This document shows positions 25,384-38,355 of a stretch of DNA of 64,000 nucleotides, one piece after another (within the stretch, counting starts at the first letter, position 1; each line of letters starts with the position of its first letter). A program made the translations under genes and the position numbers. The stretch is from Phaeosaccion multiseriatum (Eukaryota > Protista > Ochrophyta, other classes): positions 5,766,001 through 5,830,000 of the forward strand of contig OZ218950.1 in assembly GCA_965112735.1 (NCBI GenBank), in the 5' to 3' direction. The notes below the pieces were generated by a model. That model was not told the DNA's origin. It ran no database searches and saw nothing but the letters and a program-made list of their open reading frames with translations.

Positions 25384-25948
25384 GGCTAGAGGTGGGCAGC
25401 AAGGGACGGCCGGGTGGGAGACAGTCCCCGGAAAGGGTGCCGCAGGCGTACCGTCAGGGGCGTACCAGCAGCAACAGCAACAGAGGCAGACGCAGACGCA
25501 GCCGCAGACGCCGCAGCAGCAGCGAGCCAACATGTCCAGGGCGAGTAGCGGAGGTGCAAACCCGGCAGTCAGCGTCAGCCAGCAGAGCAACCCTTCTCTG
25601 GGAGGCGGCGCTGGCAGTGCTCCTGCTTACGGAGGATCGGCAATGCCGCTTGATATGGCGCAGTGGGCGGCCACGAGCCTCAAGAGGATCAACGGTAGCA
25701 CAGACCTGACCTTGCTGGAGTTCCTCATGTCGGTGACAGACACGTCCGAGATTCGACTATATCTGCGTGACAACTTGGGCTCCACCCCCCAAGTCTCCTC
25801 CTTTGCCACCGAGTTTTTGAGCAGGAAGCAGCAGATCAAGAAGAATATTTCGGCGGGGAGAGCACCCACGAGTAGCGCGGGAGGCGACGGTGGCTGGTCA
25901 CAGGCCGTGCAGCCAAGCAAGAAGGGCAAGAAGAAGGGAGGGAGGTGA
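16945..25948 (+). CDS. GYF-domain protein, GIGYF/Smy2-like; multi-exon, Gln/Gly-rich
   Basis: The GYF domain [15 protein letters not shown]|[20 protein letters not shown] is split by an intron at ~20837-21135. Also N-terminal [11 protein letters not shown] and a conserved-looking C-terminal block (QWAATSLK...LLEFLMSV...[11 protein letters not shown]...FATEFLSRK). Internal exon borders are only partly resolved. Confidence 0.85.
23078..23264. repeat. 11-bp minisatellite (CTGCTCCTCAT)n, intronic
   Basis: Direct reading; degenerate tandem copies. Confidence 0.9.
23703..24135. repeat. (CCAT/CTAT)n microsatellite, intronic
   Basis: Direct reading. Confidence 0.95.
24226..24353. repeat. Five tandem copies of 25-bp TCTAACTGACTGCTCTTAGGCCAAG, intronic
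   Basis: Units start at 24226, 24251, 24276, 24301 and 24326. The first unit has one substitution. Confidence 0.95.
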
Positions 25949-26558
25949 TGCCAGAGAGAGAGGAGCAGAGTCGAGCGGAGCGAAGGAGGGGCGACAGGAT
26001 TCGTCGGATCGGAAGGTTCAGCTGAAGGAAGAAAGAGGAAGCTCGGACGGCAGGAATAGGAATCAAGCAACGCTGGAGAGGGGGCCCGGCGTGTGCGTGC
26101 GTGTGCCATCCAAGTACAGCGGTGCAGCATACGGTGTGCGGGTGGGGAGGGATGCGCCAACTGTGAAGACTGTGAGCGAGGTGTTACTAGTTAGGACTGG
26201 GATAGGGATGGAAAGGAGGGGGGGGGGCGGCGGGGGGGGGGGGCAGAGAGACAAGAGAGAAAAGGGAGTATGGGCAGGCAGGGCAAATGTGTAGCCTTCA
26301 TGTCTGACTTAAGCAAGGATAGAGCAGAGAGCTTTCTCTGACTTAAGCGAATGACAGAGCAGAGACAGCCCCCCCCCCCCCAACCGCGTGGGTGCGCACG
26401 ACGCGGAGTTTTTACCTTTCAGAAGGCTTCAGTGGTGTCACTTTACACTTTACACCAGTCCAGTCCAGTCCGGGGAGTAGTTACTTACGAACTACTACTA
26501 CTACTACTACTACTACTTGGTACTCGATACCATCAGTAAGATGGGTACACTTTGAGTT

Positions 26559-29500
26559 TCAAGTCACTACTAGCCCGTTGGTGAGCGGAAATATCCGTGC
26601 CGTGCCGTCGTCGGAACACGACGCGAGGAACTCCTCCACCTGAGCGGCCTCTGTATCACCAACTGCTGCTGCTGCTGCTCCTGCTCCTTGCGCCGCCTCT
26701 GGTGCTCCTCCTTCCCCCTTTCCTCCTCCTGCTGCCATATCACCAACAGCTGTACCCGCACCAGTGCCAGTGTCAGGACCAATGGCCACGAGAAGCATAC
26801 CCAATATCATGTCACCGTGCCCCGTCCACTCACGCAGGGCCGACCCACTCGTCGAATCCCAGCACCTTATGGTGCCATCGGCACAGGACGTGAATACGGA
26901 GGGGTGCACCGTGTGCCACAGCAGGGCAGTCACCCCCCCCGGGTGCTTGCATGTGTGCCTCCGTGTGCCAGTTGTGATATCCCACATCTGTTGGTTGGCG
27001 GGGCCGTATCGGTTCAGAGGGCATAAGGAGGAGGCGGCCGACTGAATAATGGACTGATCGACCGACTGCCTGATTGATTGACTGACAGACTCACCGACCG
27101 ACTGCGCTGCTGACTGAGTGACAGACAGACTGACAGACACACACACTGAGAGCTGACTGACTAACATACTGAGCTGACTGAGTGCCTGTCGAGCTGCTGC
27201 TTTCTCCAAAAACGCCAGGAACTGCCCCTTGTCGTCCAGCAGAGCGCACGCACTCACACATGACGCACTCACACACGCACGCACGCACCTTGAGGTTTCC
27301 GTCGAGCCCTCCCGTGCTGAACCATGTGTGTGTGTGTGCGAAACCCACACACTCCACACTGAATACGGCCTCCTGCAATGACACGGCAAGGCACGGTAAA
27401 GTTACACACGCAGCACGTCAATGAATGGGGTCAGGTGTCGAAGCACCCCTCTCGTCCCCCTCATTGCCTCGCCCCTCACTCTTCTCAACCCCCCCCTCAC
27501 CCCCCTCTCTCCCCACTCACCCTCCACTCCTCACCCCTCCCTTTACCCCTCCCTTCACCCCTCACCCCTCTCCCCTCACGCCTCACCCTTCCCCCCTCAC
27601 CCTTCCCGCCTTAGCCCCCGGCTTACCCCCTCCTTAACCCCTGACCCCCTTCAACCTTCTCCCCTCACCCCTCATCCCTCACCTCCCTCACCCCTCATCC
27701 TCCTCCCCCTTCCCTCCTCACCTCCTCCTGCATCATATCCTTCGCAGACCCGCCGATGATAGTCTTCTTCTTGTCCCCTCCCGCCTCCGAGTGCTTTACC
27801 CGAAGCACCACCTTGCCACTCTGCAAGTGCACCATACATGCAGTGCCATCCAGAGAGCCGCTCAACACCAGGGGTTGACTCTCGCCCCCGGGGTGGACGG
27901 CCACACACGTCAGCGCTGCCTCGTGGAAGCCGTGGCCGGAGAAGGTTTTTTTGCACTCGCCCGTCTTGGGTGCCCAAAGCTGTGGGGGATTGGGATGGGA
28001 GGAAGATGTTAGCACACGCACACGCACACGCACGCACACACACACGCGCGCACCGCATGTACTTGCACGCAGACACAAACAAACACACGCACGGACACAT
28101 TCTCTCTCTCTGCAAAGTACCTTGAGGCTTCCGTCTTCTGAGCCGGTGACCACTTGCTTTCCGTTCGGTGCAAACAGCCCTATAGCATGGACAAGAGAAG
28201 GGAAGGAAAGGGCATGAAGGATATGATGAGCATCGCTGGATAGCTCTCTCTTACCCTACTTGTCGTTACAGAAAGTCGTTACACAAAGTCGTTCTCATGC
28301 GGGGGGGGTAGGAACTGACGTCAAGACAAAGGTATTCACAAGGACTTCAGCTCTCCATTGCTCTCCATGCATGTCCTCAAGCCAAACCCAACCAAACCGA
28401 CCCGAACCCACAAACCCTAGGCTGGCCTGCTCGGCTGTCTCTCCCCGTCTGTCTGTCTGTCTGTCTGTATGTCTGTCAGTCAGTCAGTCAGTCAGTCAGT
28501 CTGTCTTTCTTTCTCTGTCACTCACCGCAAGTCACCTTACTCTGGTGCCCGGCGAACACCTTTGCTCCCACAAGGTGTCAAGTTCCAATAAGGTGTCAAG
28601 TCCGTAACGTAAAGGCCCACCCACGCGAGACGCACAAGGAGAGAGACCAGAAAGAGAGGCAGACAGAGAGAGAGAGAGGCAGACAGAGAGAGACAGAGAG
28701 TAGCGAAGGATGGAACGCATTCATACTCGATCGATTAGTGGGTAACCATTCTTCTCCTCTCCTTATGCCCAGCCTTACCCTTCTCAGGCACCCGGTTGGA
28801 TGGCAGCAGGCCTAATCAGCCGAGGCTTGCCTCGCTCCATCACCCACCCGCTCACCCACCCACTCATTCACTCACTCACTCACTCACTCACTCACTCACT
28901 CACCTGCATGCAAGTGCCGGTGCTGGCCATCCACATCCAAACCGTGGCGTCAGCACTACCGGCGATGACGACTTTCCCTTTGCCGTGCCACGCCAGCCAC
29001 TCAACATCCTCCGGCCCCTCCAGTACAGCTACCTGTTTGCCGGTTTGGCTATCCCATGTCAACACCTTGCCGTCGTACGCCCCTGAGGCGGCTAGTGTGC
29101 CGTCGCTGCAAAAGCCCACACATGAGACAGAGTCTGTATGCCCCTTGAGCTCACTCACGTCCGTGATCATGTCATTTTCGCTAGGGTTGTCCTCATCTTG
29201 TCCTTCTGTCGCTGCTGCTCCTGCTGTTGCTGCTGTTGTGGACGGTGAAGGGTACCGAAACGTCCAGAGAAACGCCCTATCGTCCCCACCTCCCGTAATG
29301 AATTGGCGGCTGCACATGGGGTTGACTGCGATGCAGTACACCGAGTCGGTGTGCTTGGTGAAGGCCGCGATGGAGCAATCTTCCTTCATGTCTTCATCCT
29401 CTCCCATCCCAGCACCATCGTCTCCCTCCATCATCGCGTCGTCCCCGTCCGCCTCAAGGCCTACCCCCTCCACCTCGTACTCTTCCTCCACGTCATCGTC

Positions 29501-29716
29501 GTTCATAAAGACAGCAGCGTCGTCGTCTGAGGAGCCGTCCAGGAGCTGTTGGCCCTCTTCCGCTGCCCCCTCTCCGCCCATCTCAGGAATCCCCACCCCT
29601 TCTTTGGAGACCACAGAGTCCGCGGAGGAAGAGGAGGCAGGTGGTGGTGGTGGAAGGGAATTCTCTGCAGAAGAGGTGGGGAATTTGCTCGACCCGCTGT
29701 CATTCGAGTCCGCCAT
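26559..29716 (-). CDS. WD40-repeat protein, AAMP/Sqt1-like (uL16 chaperone family); ~6 exons
   Basis: Acidic N-terminus, then FTKHTDSVYC, TGGGDDRAFLW, LKGHTDSVSCVGF..DGTLAASG.YDG, GPEDVEWLAWH.KG.V..AGS.D.TVWMW, CMQVFAGH, VTGSEDGSLKLW.PKTG and SCSDDGTARIF. Confidence 0.88.
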
Positions 29717-29909
29717 CGACGGAGAGGTCTTTCTTGCTGCTGCAAAACCTAAGACTCTTCGAGAACGGCCCTCTCTACTGCTCCCGCTCTTCCCTCTTCT
29801 CTTGGTCTACTAGTAGTGCTTCCTATTCACGCGATCTGCTCAGTTACTTCTCCCGCCTTCTCTTTTGGTCGGCCGTGAGTGGAAGCGAGATGGTGATTCA
29901 CGTAAGGCA

Positions 29910-30108
29910 ATGAGAGAGTTCTTCCGCCCCCCATCCCTTTCTCCTTGCATTGCTGAAATGGCATTAAAGAAATTGAGCATGGAGAGGACGTCCCCAGCAA
30001 TGCGCGGTCTGGCTGCTGCACTGGTCTTAACCGCCAGATCCAGCAGCGCCTTCTCGTTCAGTAGCCTCACCACGCTTACTACAAACCGGGAGCACAAGTG
30101 CAGCTCGG

Positions 30109-30139
<31 letters not shown>

Positions 30140-32309
30140 AAGCAGCGGTCGTGCCACAGCTCTGAGAAGCTTCAGAACTTCAGCGGGATCTACCACCAGC
30201 AGCACGTGTTTCCGAAGCAGCTTGTCCCGGCCAAGTTGGAGCACTACGGATAGTTACGGAGGGTACAGAGAGAGCGGTGGAAATAGACATAAGACAGCGC
30301 TTCGCATGATGTCGTCGTACGTCCCTACGGCGGCCACAGGAGAGGAGGTCGTCCGTGCGGCGCACATCCTCGTATCTGATGAAGACGCGTGCGACCTTGC
30401 CCTGCAGCGCATCGTGGACGGAGAAAGCTTTGACGCAGTGGCGCTGGAGCTGAGCTCGTGCAAGAGCAAAGACAAGGGCGGCGACTTGGGCTGGTTTGGA
30501 CCGGGGCAGATGGTCGCGGAGTTCGAGCAGGTGCGACATGGGGAGATTGAGAAAGGAGGGATGTGGGTGGAGAGCTTTTTTCTGTAGTCCGGGTCCATCC
30601 ATTTGTCCATCCCAGCGGTCTGAGCCCCTCTCCCTCGTCCTTCCACCCTTTCTCTTCGCGATACACCCCCCAACGACACCCCTCCACCTCCTCAGGCCTG
30701 CTACCAGAACGATGCAGGAACCATGGTGAAGGTCAAGACTCAGTTCGGATGGCACGTCATCGCTGTGCTGCAAAAGGCCACTCCTCCCGCCCAGATGCAG
30801 GTAGGTGGGCGGCTGGCAGTGGCTGGCAGTGGCTGGCTGGGTGGGTAGGATACAATGCTGCGTGCATGCATGTCTTGTTACATGCGCATCACTGCCACTC
30901 CTCGTCCTCCTTGTCTCGCATTCCGCCCCCACCCCCCCCTTCTCTCTCTCTCTCTCTCGTCGTCCCCCTTTCTTGGTGGGGGCTTGGTGGGGGCTTGGGG
31001 AAAAACTTTCACACACACACACACTCCGCTCTGTCTATCTGTCCACCGATCTATCCACCGCCTTTACTTTTCTGCTGGAATGCTTCCAACGCCCAGCCTC
31101 TCCTTTGCCCCTCTCGTATTACTGTGGAATGAAGAGCCCAAAGGCATTCTTTGACCGAGTCGCCCGCCCCCTCAACTCCTTGTATTTTCTTTTTGCAGGC
31201 ATCCGAACTCGGAGACCTCTTGCACAGTATCACAGAGGGCGACACCCCGAAGGACGAGTATCAATTCATTGACGTACGGGAGCCGGATGAGCTCAAAAGC
31301 GCCAAAGTCGATGGTGAGTGGTGAGGGGAGACAGAGACGAAGACTTGTGGTGGGAGAGAGGAGAGAGAGAGGAGGAGCGGTGAGGGGAGAGAGGAGAGAG
31401 GAGAGAGAGAGGAGGAGCGGTGGGAGGAGAGAGGAGAGAGGAGGGAGGGAGGGAGCGGTGAGAGGAGAGAGGATGAGGAGAGGAGGAGACGGCGGTATCG
31501 TCCTTCGGGCTTTGTGCCTGTGCTTCCTTCCTAGGACCCTGCTCCTCTCTATTTTCTATGTTCAACTTCCCTCTCATTCCATTGACCCCTTGCCGCCGAT
31601 ACTCACTAACGTACTCAAGACGGCATCCTTCTGTCCTCCTCTCTTCTCTCTCTCCCTCTTCCTCCCTCCCTCTTTTTCCCTCCCTCCCTACCTACCTACC
31701 TACCTACCTACCTACCTACCTTCCTCCCCCCCTCCCTCCCTCCCTCCCTCTCCCTCCCTCTACCCTGAACAGAGTTCGAGAATCTCCCCTTGTCGAAGTT
31801 CGAGGAGTGGGGGCCCATGATCCAAGAAGGGCTCAAGCTGGACCCCAACAAGAAAACCGTGGTCATGTGCCATCTCGGTAAGTGAGTCATTATATTATGT
31901 TGACTTACGTACGAGTCGGCCAAGAAGTATGTAATTGTGTGTGTAAGCATGTGATGAGTGGGAGGGAGGGGATGGCATCAGATGGTAGGGGATGGCAGTG
32001 GATAGCATTAGATGGGCGGGGATGGCAGTAGATGGGAGGGGATGGCAGTAGATGGGGGGTGTCTGTTGGTTAGCTGTTGGCTCTTGCCTCACGGACGTGA
32101 GCAAGGTCCACACGAGGATGAGAGACGGGTGGCGGGGATGTGCTGTTGGTGTGTGTGTTTCTTCAGACTGGGGATGTGTGGAGGGGGGTGTGCTGTTGGT
32201 ATGTGTGTTTCTTAAGACTCACGCAGCATATGCATTTCTCTTTATCCTTCTTCTCCGCGTCCTCGCCGTGGTCGTTTCATCACCTGAACAAATTCCATTT
32301 GGCGGTTTC

Positions 32310-32349
<40 letters not shown>

Positions 32350-32483
32350 CTCGCCCCCCAGGCATGCGGAGTATGAAGATGGCGCAGTTCCTGTCGATGC
32401 AGGCCGGCTTCAAGCAAGTCTACAACGTGGAGGGAGGCATAGCTGCGTACGCAAGGGTGGACCCCAGGGCAGGCGCTCCCTAA
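29910..32483 (+). CDS. Parvulin (PpiC) peptidyl-prolyl isomerase fused to a rhodanese domain, predicted plastid-targeted; 5 exons; start may be the ATG at 30000
   Basis: Parvulin: VRAAHILV, SSCKSKDKGGDLGWF..GQMVAEFE, VKTQFGWHVI. Rhodanese: FIDVREPDE, VVMCHLGMRS, AGFKQVYNVEGGI. The leader AAALVLTARSSSA-FSF is followed by a Ser/Thr-rich transit-like region. Confidence 0.92.
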
Positions 32484-32994
32484 GTAATGACGGCCGTCGA
32501 ACGCGAGAGGAGAGGAGGCAGGGGGATGGCAGCGGATGGGCGGATGGGGAGGAGAGAAGAAAGAGAGAGGGGGGGGGTGGAGGGGTGGCAGTAGACGTGG
32601 AGCACTCTTGATGGTTGTCCGGTACGAGAATCACAAATGGCCGTATGCCCGTGTCCGAGTGTGGCAACGTCCTCTCCACCTCACCAAGGCTCTTGTGTCC
32701 GTCTCTCCTCTCTCTCTGAAGTCAGTATATTCAGTATATCATTAGCTTAATTAACTCCCCCCCCTCTTGTTAGCTGTTACCATAGCTATGGGCGGATGTT
32801 CTCATTTATACAAGACATACGTGTGTGCCTGCCTGTGTGTGTGCGTGTGTTTCAAAATGACACACCAGGCAGCAAGCACACATCTAAAAACAAACGCTCC
32901 AACAAGTGAACCTCGGCGTATCCACACGGGACCACCCTGCAGATGCCTCCCCCTCCCTCCCCCTTGGGCGTCGCCACACTACCCAGACCTCACT

Positions 32995-33219
32995 CCTCAC
33001 TCCTCAGGCCTCAGCCGAGTACAGCTTTGCCAGCGTCATACTCGCCAGGCCTCCCTCCTCACTCCTCAGGCCTCAGCCGAGTACAGCTTTGCCATCGTCA
33101 TACTCGCCAGGCCTCCCTCCTCACTCCTCAGGCCTCAGCCGAGTACAGCTTTGCCATCGTCATACTCGCCAGGCCTCCCTCCTCACTCCTCAGGCCTCAG
33201 CCGAGTACAGCTTTGCCAT
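32995..33219. repeat. 62-bp tandem repeat, ~3.6 copies, overlapping the stop codon of the giant gene
   Basis: Units start at 32995, 33057, 33119 and 33181 (partial). Confidence 0.95.
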
Positions 33220-36200
33220 TTGCTCGTATCTCTTCTTCGGTGTAAGGCGAGCCTTGAGTGCCCTAACCCAGCTCTCGTGCTCTACAATGCCATCTGCGCG
33301 AATCACCAACACGCCCCCCGATCCCCCTCCTCCTCCTCCTCCCCCTCCTCCTCCTCCTCCTCCTCCTCCCCCTGCGCTACAAGCAGAAGAGGTTTCGAAC
33401 CCGGGTTCGCACAGCAACGCCACACCGTCCACCTCCGTGGTGCTGTTTCCCGCATGCACGGTGTACTCAGGAAGTATGACGGTTACACTGCGAGGGTCCA
33501 TGAGGAGGTGGCCCTTTACCCTACGCTTGCTGCGGCTTCGAAAGTACGTGAAGCGGGTGGCGTCCAACACACACCAGCGCTTCTTGATCTTTATGGAGGG
33601 AGGGTGTGGGGTGCCAGAACGGTCGTGGGGGGGGGGTGGGGGGGGGGGGGGGGGGGTTGCGTTGTCTCAGAACAGTTCAAACAAGGTTTGAATACTGAGC
33701 TTTGAGTTTGTGTGTGACCTTTGATCAAAATCAATTCTCTCTCACAGTAATAAGACTTGAGATTAGGCAAGCCAAGAACAGTAGCAGGGCAGTAAGACTT
33801 AAGACTAGGCAAGCCACACGCAAGATCAAGCAAACCAACAAGAGGACAAGAGGCGGGCAACGGAACCACCCCAGGGGTGCCTAGAGATGAAAAGAAGCCT
33901 GACCTTGGGTGGGGGGGCGCGCATTCCGCTCCGGTGGGGAAAGTGCATCAGCACCGCAGGTGGGCCTGTGTAGTTGGGTCTCTGCTGGGCCTGATTGGGA
34001 CCCCCCACCCCCGAGGGGTGTGGCAGGTGCTGCGTAAAGTAAGTCAACAACACGGCGCACTTCCTCTCGGTGGCCACAGCGCTGTATAGACGGAAGGTCT
34101 GTTGCATGCCCACGTGCACGGCGGTTTCGAAACGATCCCGATAGGACGTTCGCTGGTGGTGCTGTCGCCGCTGCTGAAGTGTCTGGGGCCCCATCCGCAC
34201 GGAACCCCCTCCTCCACCGCCCATATGACTGCCGCTACTGTTGCTACGCTTCTTGCTGAGCCTGTTCTGCCTCTGCTGTCCCTGCCCCTGCCCCTGGCCT
34301 TGCTGTTGCTGTTGCTGTGGCTGGCGCCTTTGGGGCCTTTGGTGAGTGAGGCTGGACGGCGCGCTGCGGGCGTTTGAGGTGGCGAGAGGCGGAGGGGACG
34401 TTACGGAGGACACAGCGTTGGCAACGACGCCTCTTCCGGCCTCATCTCCTCCTACTCCTGGTGCTGTATCACCAACTGCTGCTGCTGCTGCTGCTGCTGC
34501 CCCCGCTGCTGTCCCCGCTGCTGTCCCGACCAAAGCCTCCCACGTCCCTGTCGTTGCTGTTTCCCCTGGGGCAGCAGGCTCCCCCCTGTCAATACTGAGA
34601 CCGCTGCTTGCCCCTCTGCTGCCATCTGCTTCTGCCGTTACAGACTCGCCACCACTCTCGACCGCGCGAGAGTGACTGGTACTACTGCCTGCTGCAGTGC
34701 CTGCTGCAGAGGTAGCAGTCATCGCAGTCGTGGTAGTAGGAGCAGTAGAACAAGTGACACCTCCGATGGCTCCTCCGATATCTCCAGTGGCGACGTCTCT
34801 CCTGGACAGTGGTTCTAACACACTCATGTCCAGCGTCTCTGAGGCGTCCACGCCCTCACCCCCACTCCCCTCTCCACCTCCACCTTCTCCTCCTCCTGCT
34901 CCTGCTCCTGCTCCTCCTCCTGCCATACCGCCCTCACTCATGGTTCCCCGCAGCTTAGGCGCAGCGATGGCAGCAGACGAAGAAGCAGCACCCTTCGCAA
35001 AGTCGCCATGAGCAGAGGCGAGGAGCAGGGGTTGCTGCGCAGGAGGATTGCCTTGACCTTGACCTTGACTTTGACTGCCATCCCCTCCCCCCCCTACTGC
35101 CGCCATAACCGCCTCTGCCCTGGTCTTGGCCGCCGCCGCCGAAGCAGCCGCAGCCGCCTGTGCCTCGCCCCGAGCGCCCTTGCCTCCCTTGCTCCCCTTA
35201 CCCCCCGGACCTGTCTTGCCCGCCTTCCTCCTCGTCGCTGCAGCCACCACCGCCGCTGCCTGAGCACTACCCTTGGGGCCTGCCGAAGGCGAGGCCAGGA
35301 ACTGCGCCACGTGTCTTGTGCTCAGCAGCGCTCGAAGGAAGGGCCGCACATCATCTACAGCGAAGGCACACATGGCGACGACGTCCAGGGGTTGGTCCTC
35401 CACCGGGGGCTGCAGTGCATCACCAACGGCAGGCTTAGGCTCCTCTTCTGGTTGTTGGCTCTTGGTAAAGAGGTGATATGGCTGAAACAGGTTGGCGAGG
35501 ATACAGAACAAGTCGTAACGGAGACTCTCGGCGCACTTGACCACCGCCGACGCATCCTTCCGAAACAGCTGCGACAGCTGCAGAGGATCGTAGTGACTGG
35601 CGGACTGGCTTTGGCTCCCTGCCTGGCTTTGGCTCGCATGATTCGGGCCCGATCCACCGCCACTCCCACTCCTACTCCCACTGCCACTAGCAGTCGACCG
35701 CACAGAGGAGGCCGAAAGCCCAGACATATGGCTAGACATGTGACTGCCTTTTCGGTCGAGTCGCACCGAGCCCTGGGCACCGCGGTGCCCCTCGGGACCG
35801 CCCCCCTCGGGCCGGCCGCCGCCCCCTCGGGTACCGTTTCCCCCCCGGGGGCTTCGCAGGGCCCAGGGGCTGCTGTTGAGCGGGGAGGGACAGGTGGGCA
35901 GCTTTGGCTTTGCGCTGCCGATGAAGGGAAAGACAGGGTGTCTGAGACCCCACTCCACAGCCGCAGCCGTCGCAGCCCCTACTAATGACGCCGCTCCACG
36001 GCCTGACGAAGACGACCCTGCTCCTGTTCCTGCTACTGTTGCAGCTGCTGATGTATCACCAACTGTTGCTGTTGCTGCTGCAGCTGCAGCAGCATCACCG
36101 ATTGCTGCTCCTGTTGCTGATGCTGTCTCAGCAACTGCTGAACCTCCTCCTCCTCCTGATGCTGCTGTATCACCAACTGCTGCGCTTGCTCCTCCTCCTC

Positions 36201-38323
36201 CTCCTCCTCCTCCTCCTCCTCCTCCTCCTCCTCCTCCGTCACTGCGCTCGTGCTCCTTCTCCTTCTTCTTCTTAGAGGAGAAAGACGAGGATGAGGAAAG
36301 GCCCATGAGTAGTGATCGCGACCTCCCCACCCCCCTCCCCCCCCCTACGGAGGAGGAAGCCTCGGTCTTCCTGCTGAAGGACACCGATAACCTTCTAGGA
36401 CCTCTCCAAGACCCTCCCTTCCCTCCAGCGCCAGAGGTTCCTTTCTTCCCGCCGGAGCTTTTCCCCTTCCCTCCCCGGCCACCCTTCCCTGCTGTATCTG
36501 CCTTCTTCTCCTCCTGGTGGGTGGCAGCCATTGCCCGAATCATGTCCAGACGCTGACCGAAGTGGTGTCGGTATCGAGCGGGGAGGGGAGGAAGCATCCC
36601 ATGCTCCAGAGGGTTGAAGGCCGCCCCGGATTGCGCCGCATAGTACAGGATCTCGTCGCTCAATTTGGTTGCTGATACTCCTCCTCCTCCTCCTCCTCCT
36701 CCTCCTCCTCCTCCTCCTCCTCCTCCTCCTCTTCCCTCCCCCCCCCCCCCCTCCTCCTCCTCCTCCTGCTGCTGCTGCTGCCACCGCTGCTGCTGCCACT
36801 GCCATTCCTCCGACCCCACCCACCAAGCGCTTCTCCCACGCCTTGTTCAGCGCCGCCCTAATCCCCACGTCGGCGTCCGGAGCGAAACTCTCCCTGTCCA
36901 TAGTACAAGCAGCCGCATACTCCAGTGCCCCTGACGGGTGCACCACACCCTCGTTAAGGTCCACAATGGTAACGTGACTTGCCCCCGTGAAGAGGGAGAG
37001 GCGATGCAGCAGCCACGTAGAGAGGGTACCGCTGTTGTTGGCACTGCTGGGCCCGGAGTTGTGGTGGTGCCCCAAGCTACCCCCCCCCCCGGACCCAGAC
37101 CCCGGGGGATGCCCGCTACCCAACAGGGACGCGGACTCCTTGGAGAGCGACGGAGAGGGCTGATGTTGCCCGTATGATGACGACTGGTGGTGCTGTTGTT
37201 GTCCATGGGTGGGTATGGATGAAGGCCCGTTGCCGGATCCCAGCCCAGCAGCAGTAGCCACAGGGCCACCACCCAGGGGGGCCAACCAGTCGGAGCGGAA
37301 GCCTCTCGCCGCGGGTCCTCCTCCTCCTCCTCCTCCTCCTGCCTGCTGGGGACACACCTTATCGATCGATTGGACAAAAGGACATCGGACAGCGGGCAGG
37401 GGCAGGGAAGGGCAGGAGGAGGGAGGGGTGGGTGAGAGGGGAGGAGGAAGAGTGCAGAGGGAGGAGGAGGGGCCACAGAACAAACATGACCGAAACTGAC
37501 GGGGGTACACGTTCGTTCCTGCCCAAATCGCAGGCACGCGCCCACACGCGCACCCACGACTCAAGCACACACACATACACGAAACACAACAAGCACACAC
37601 ATACACGAAACACAACAAGCACACACATACACGAAACACAACAAGCACACACATACACGCAAACACAAAGTCCATTTCTAACCTTCTCCAGCACTGCCGG
37701 GTAGGTGCCCATGAGGAAGGGCTGCTTGCTGTCCACGGCGTGTTTCAAGAGGTGTGCGGAGCTCAGGTGGCACAGCGGATTGAAGGCGTACGTCCACTCC
37801 AAAGGCAGGATGAGTCTTAGCAGCGCGGTGGACGCTTGCATGAGTAGCTCCTCCTTACCCGGGCTGGCCACGAGTAAGACGGGTTGTTCGAGCAAGAGGG
37901 CGTTGACGAGGAACAGCACAAACTGAGGAGAGAGGGCCTCTACTAAGGCGGCCACGGCATTGTCCTTGGAGAGGTAGTCGTGTTGGTGATCCAGCACATC
38001 CTTGGAGGGGCGCAGGATGGAGGACGCGATGTCGCCAGTTGTGATGGACTCCAACACTTCGTCGTAGCAGCCCACCCTACCTCCTCCTCCTCCTCCTCCT
38101 CCTCCTCCCGCTCCTGCCGCGACTGATGCTGTTGCCACACCTGCTGCTGGTGCTGCAGATTTCGCTACCTGAGCTGAGCCGTCTGCCTCTGCCTTCGCAG
38201 CACTGTGTTTGAGCACACTCTGCTGTTGCTGACTCGTACCCGCCGCCGGAGGAGCCGGAGTGGAGGGGGAGGGCGGTAAGAGCGGTGAGGCAGATACAAC
38301 AGACGCAGCAGCGGAAGAAGCTT

Positions 38324-38355
<32 letters not shown>

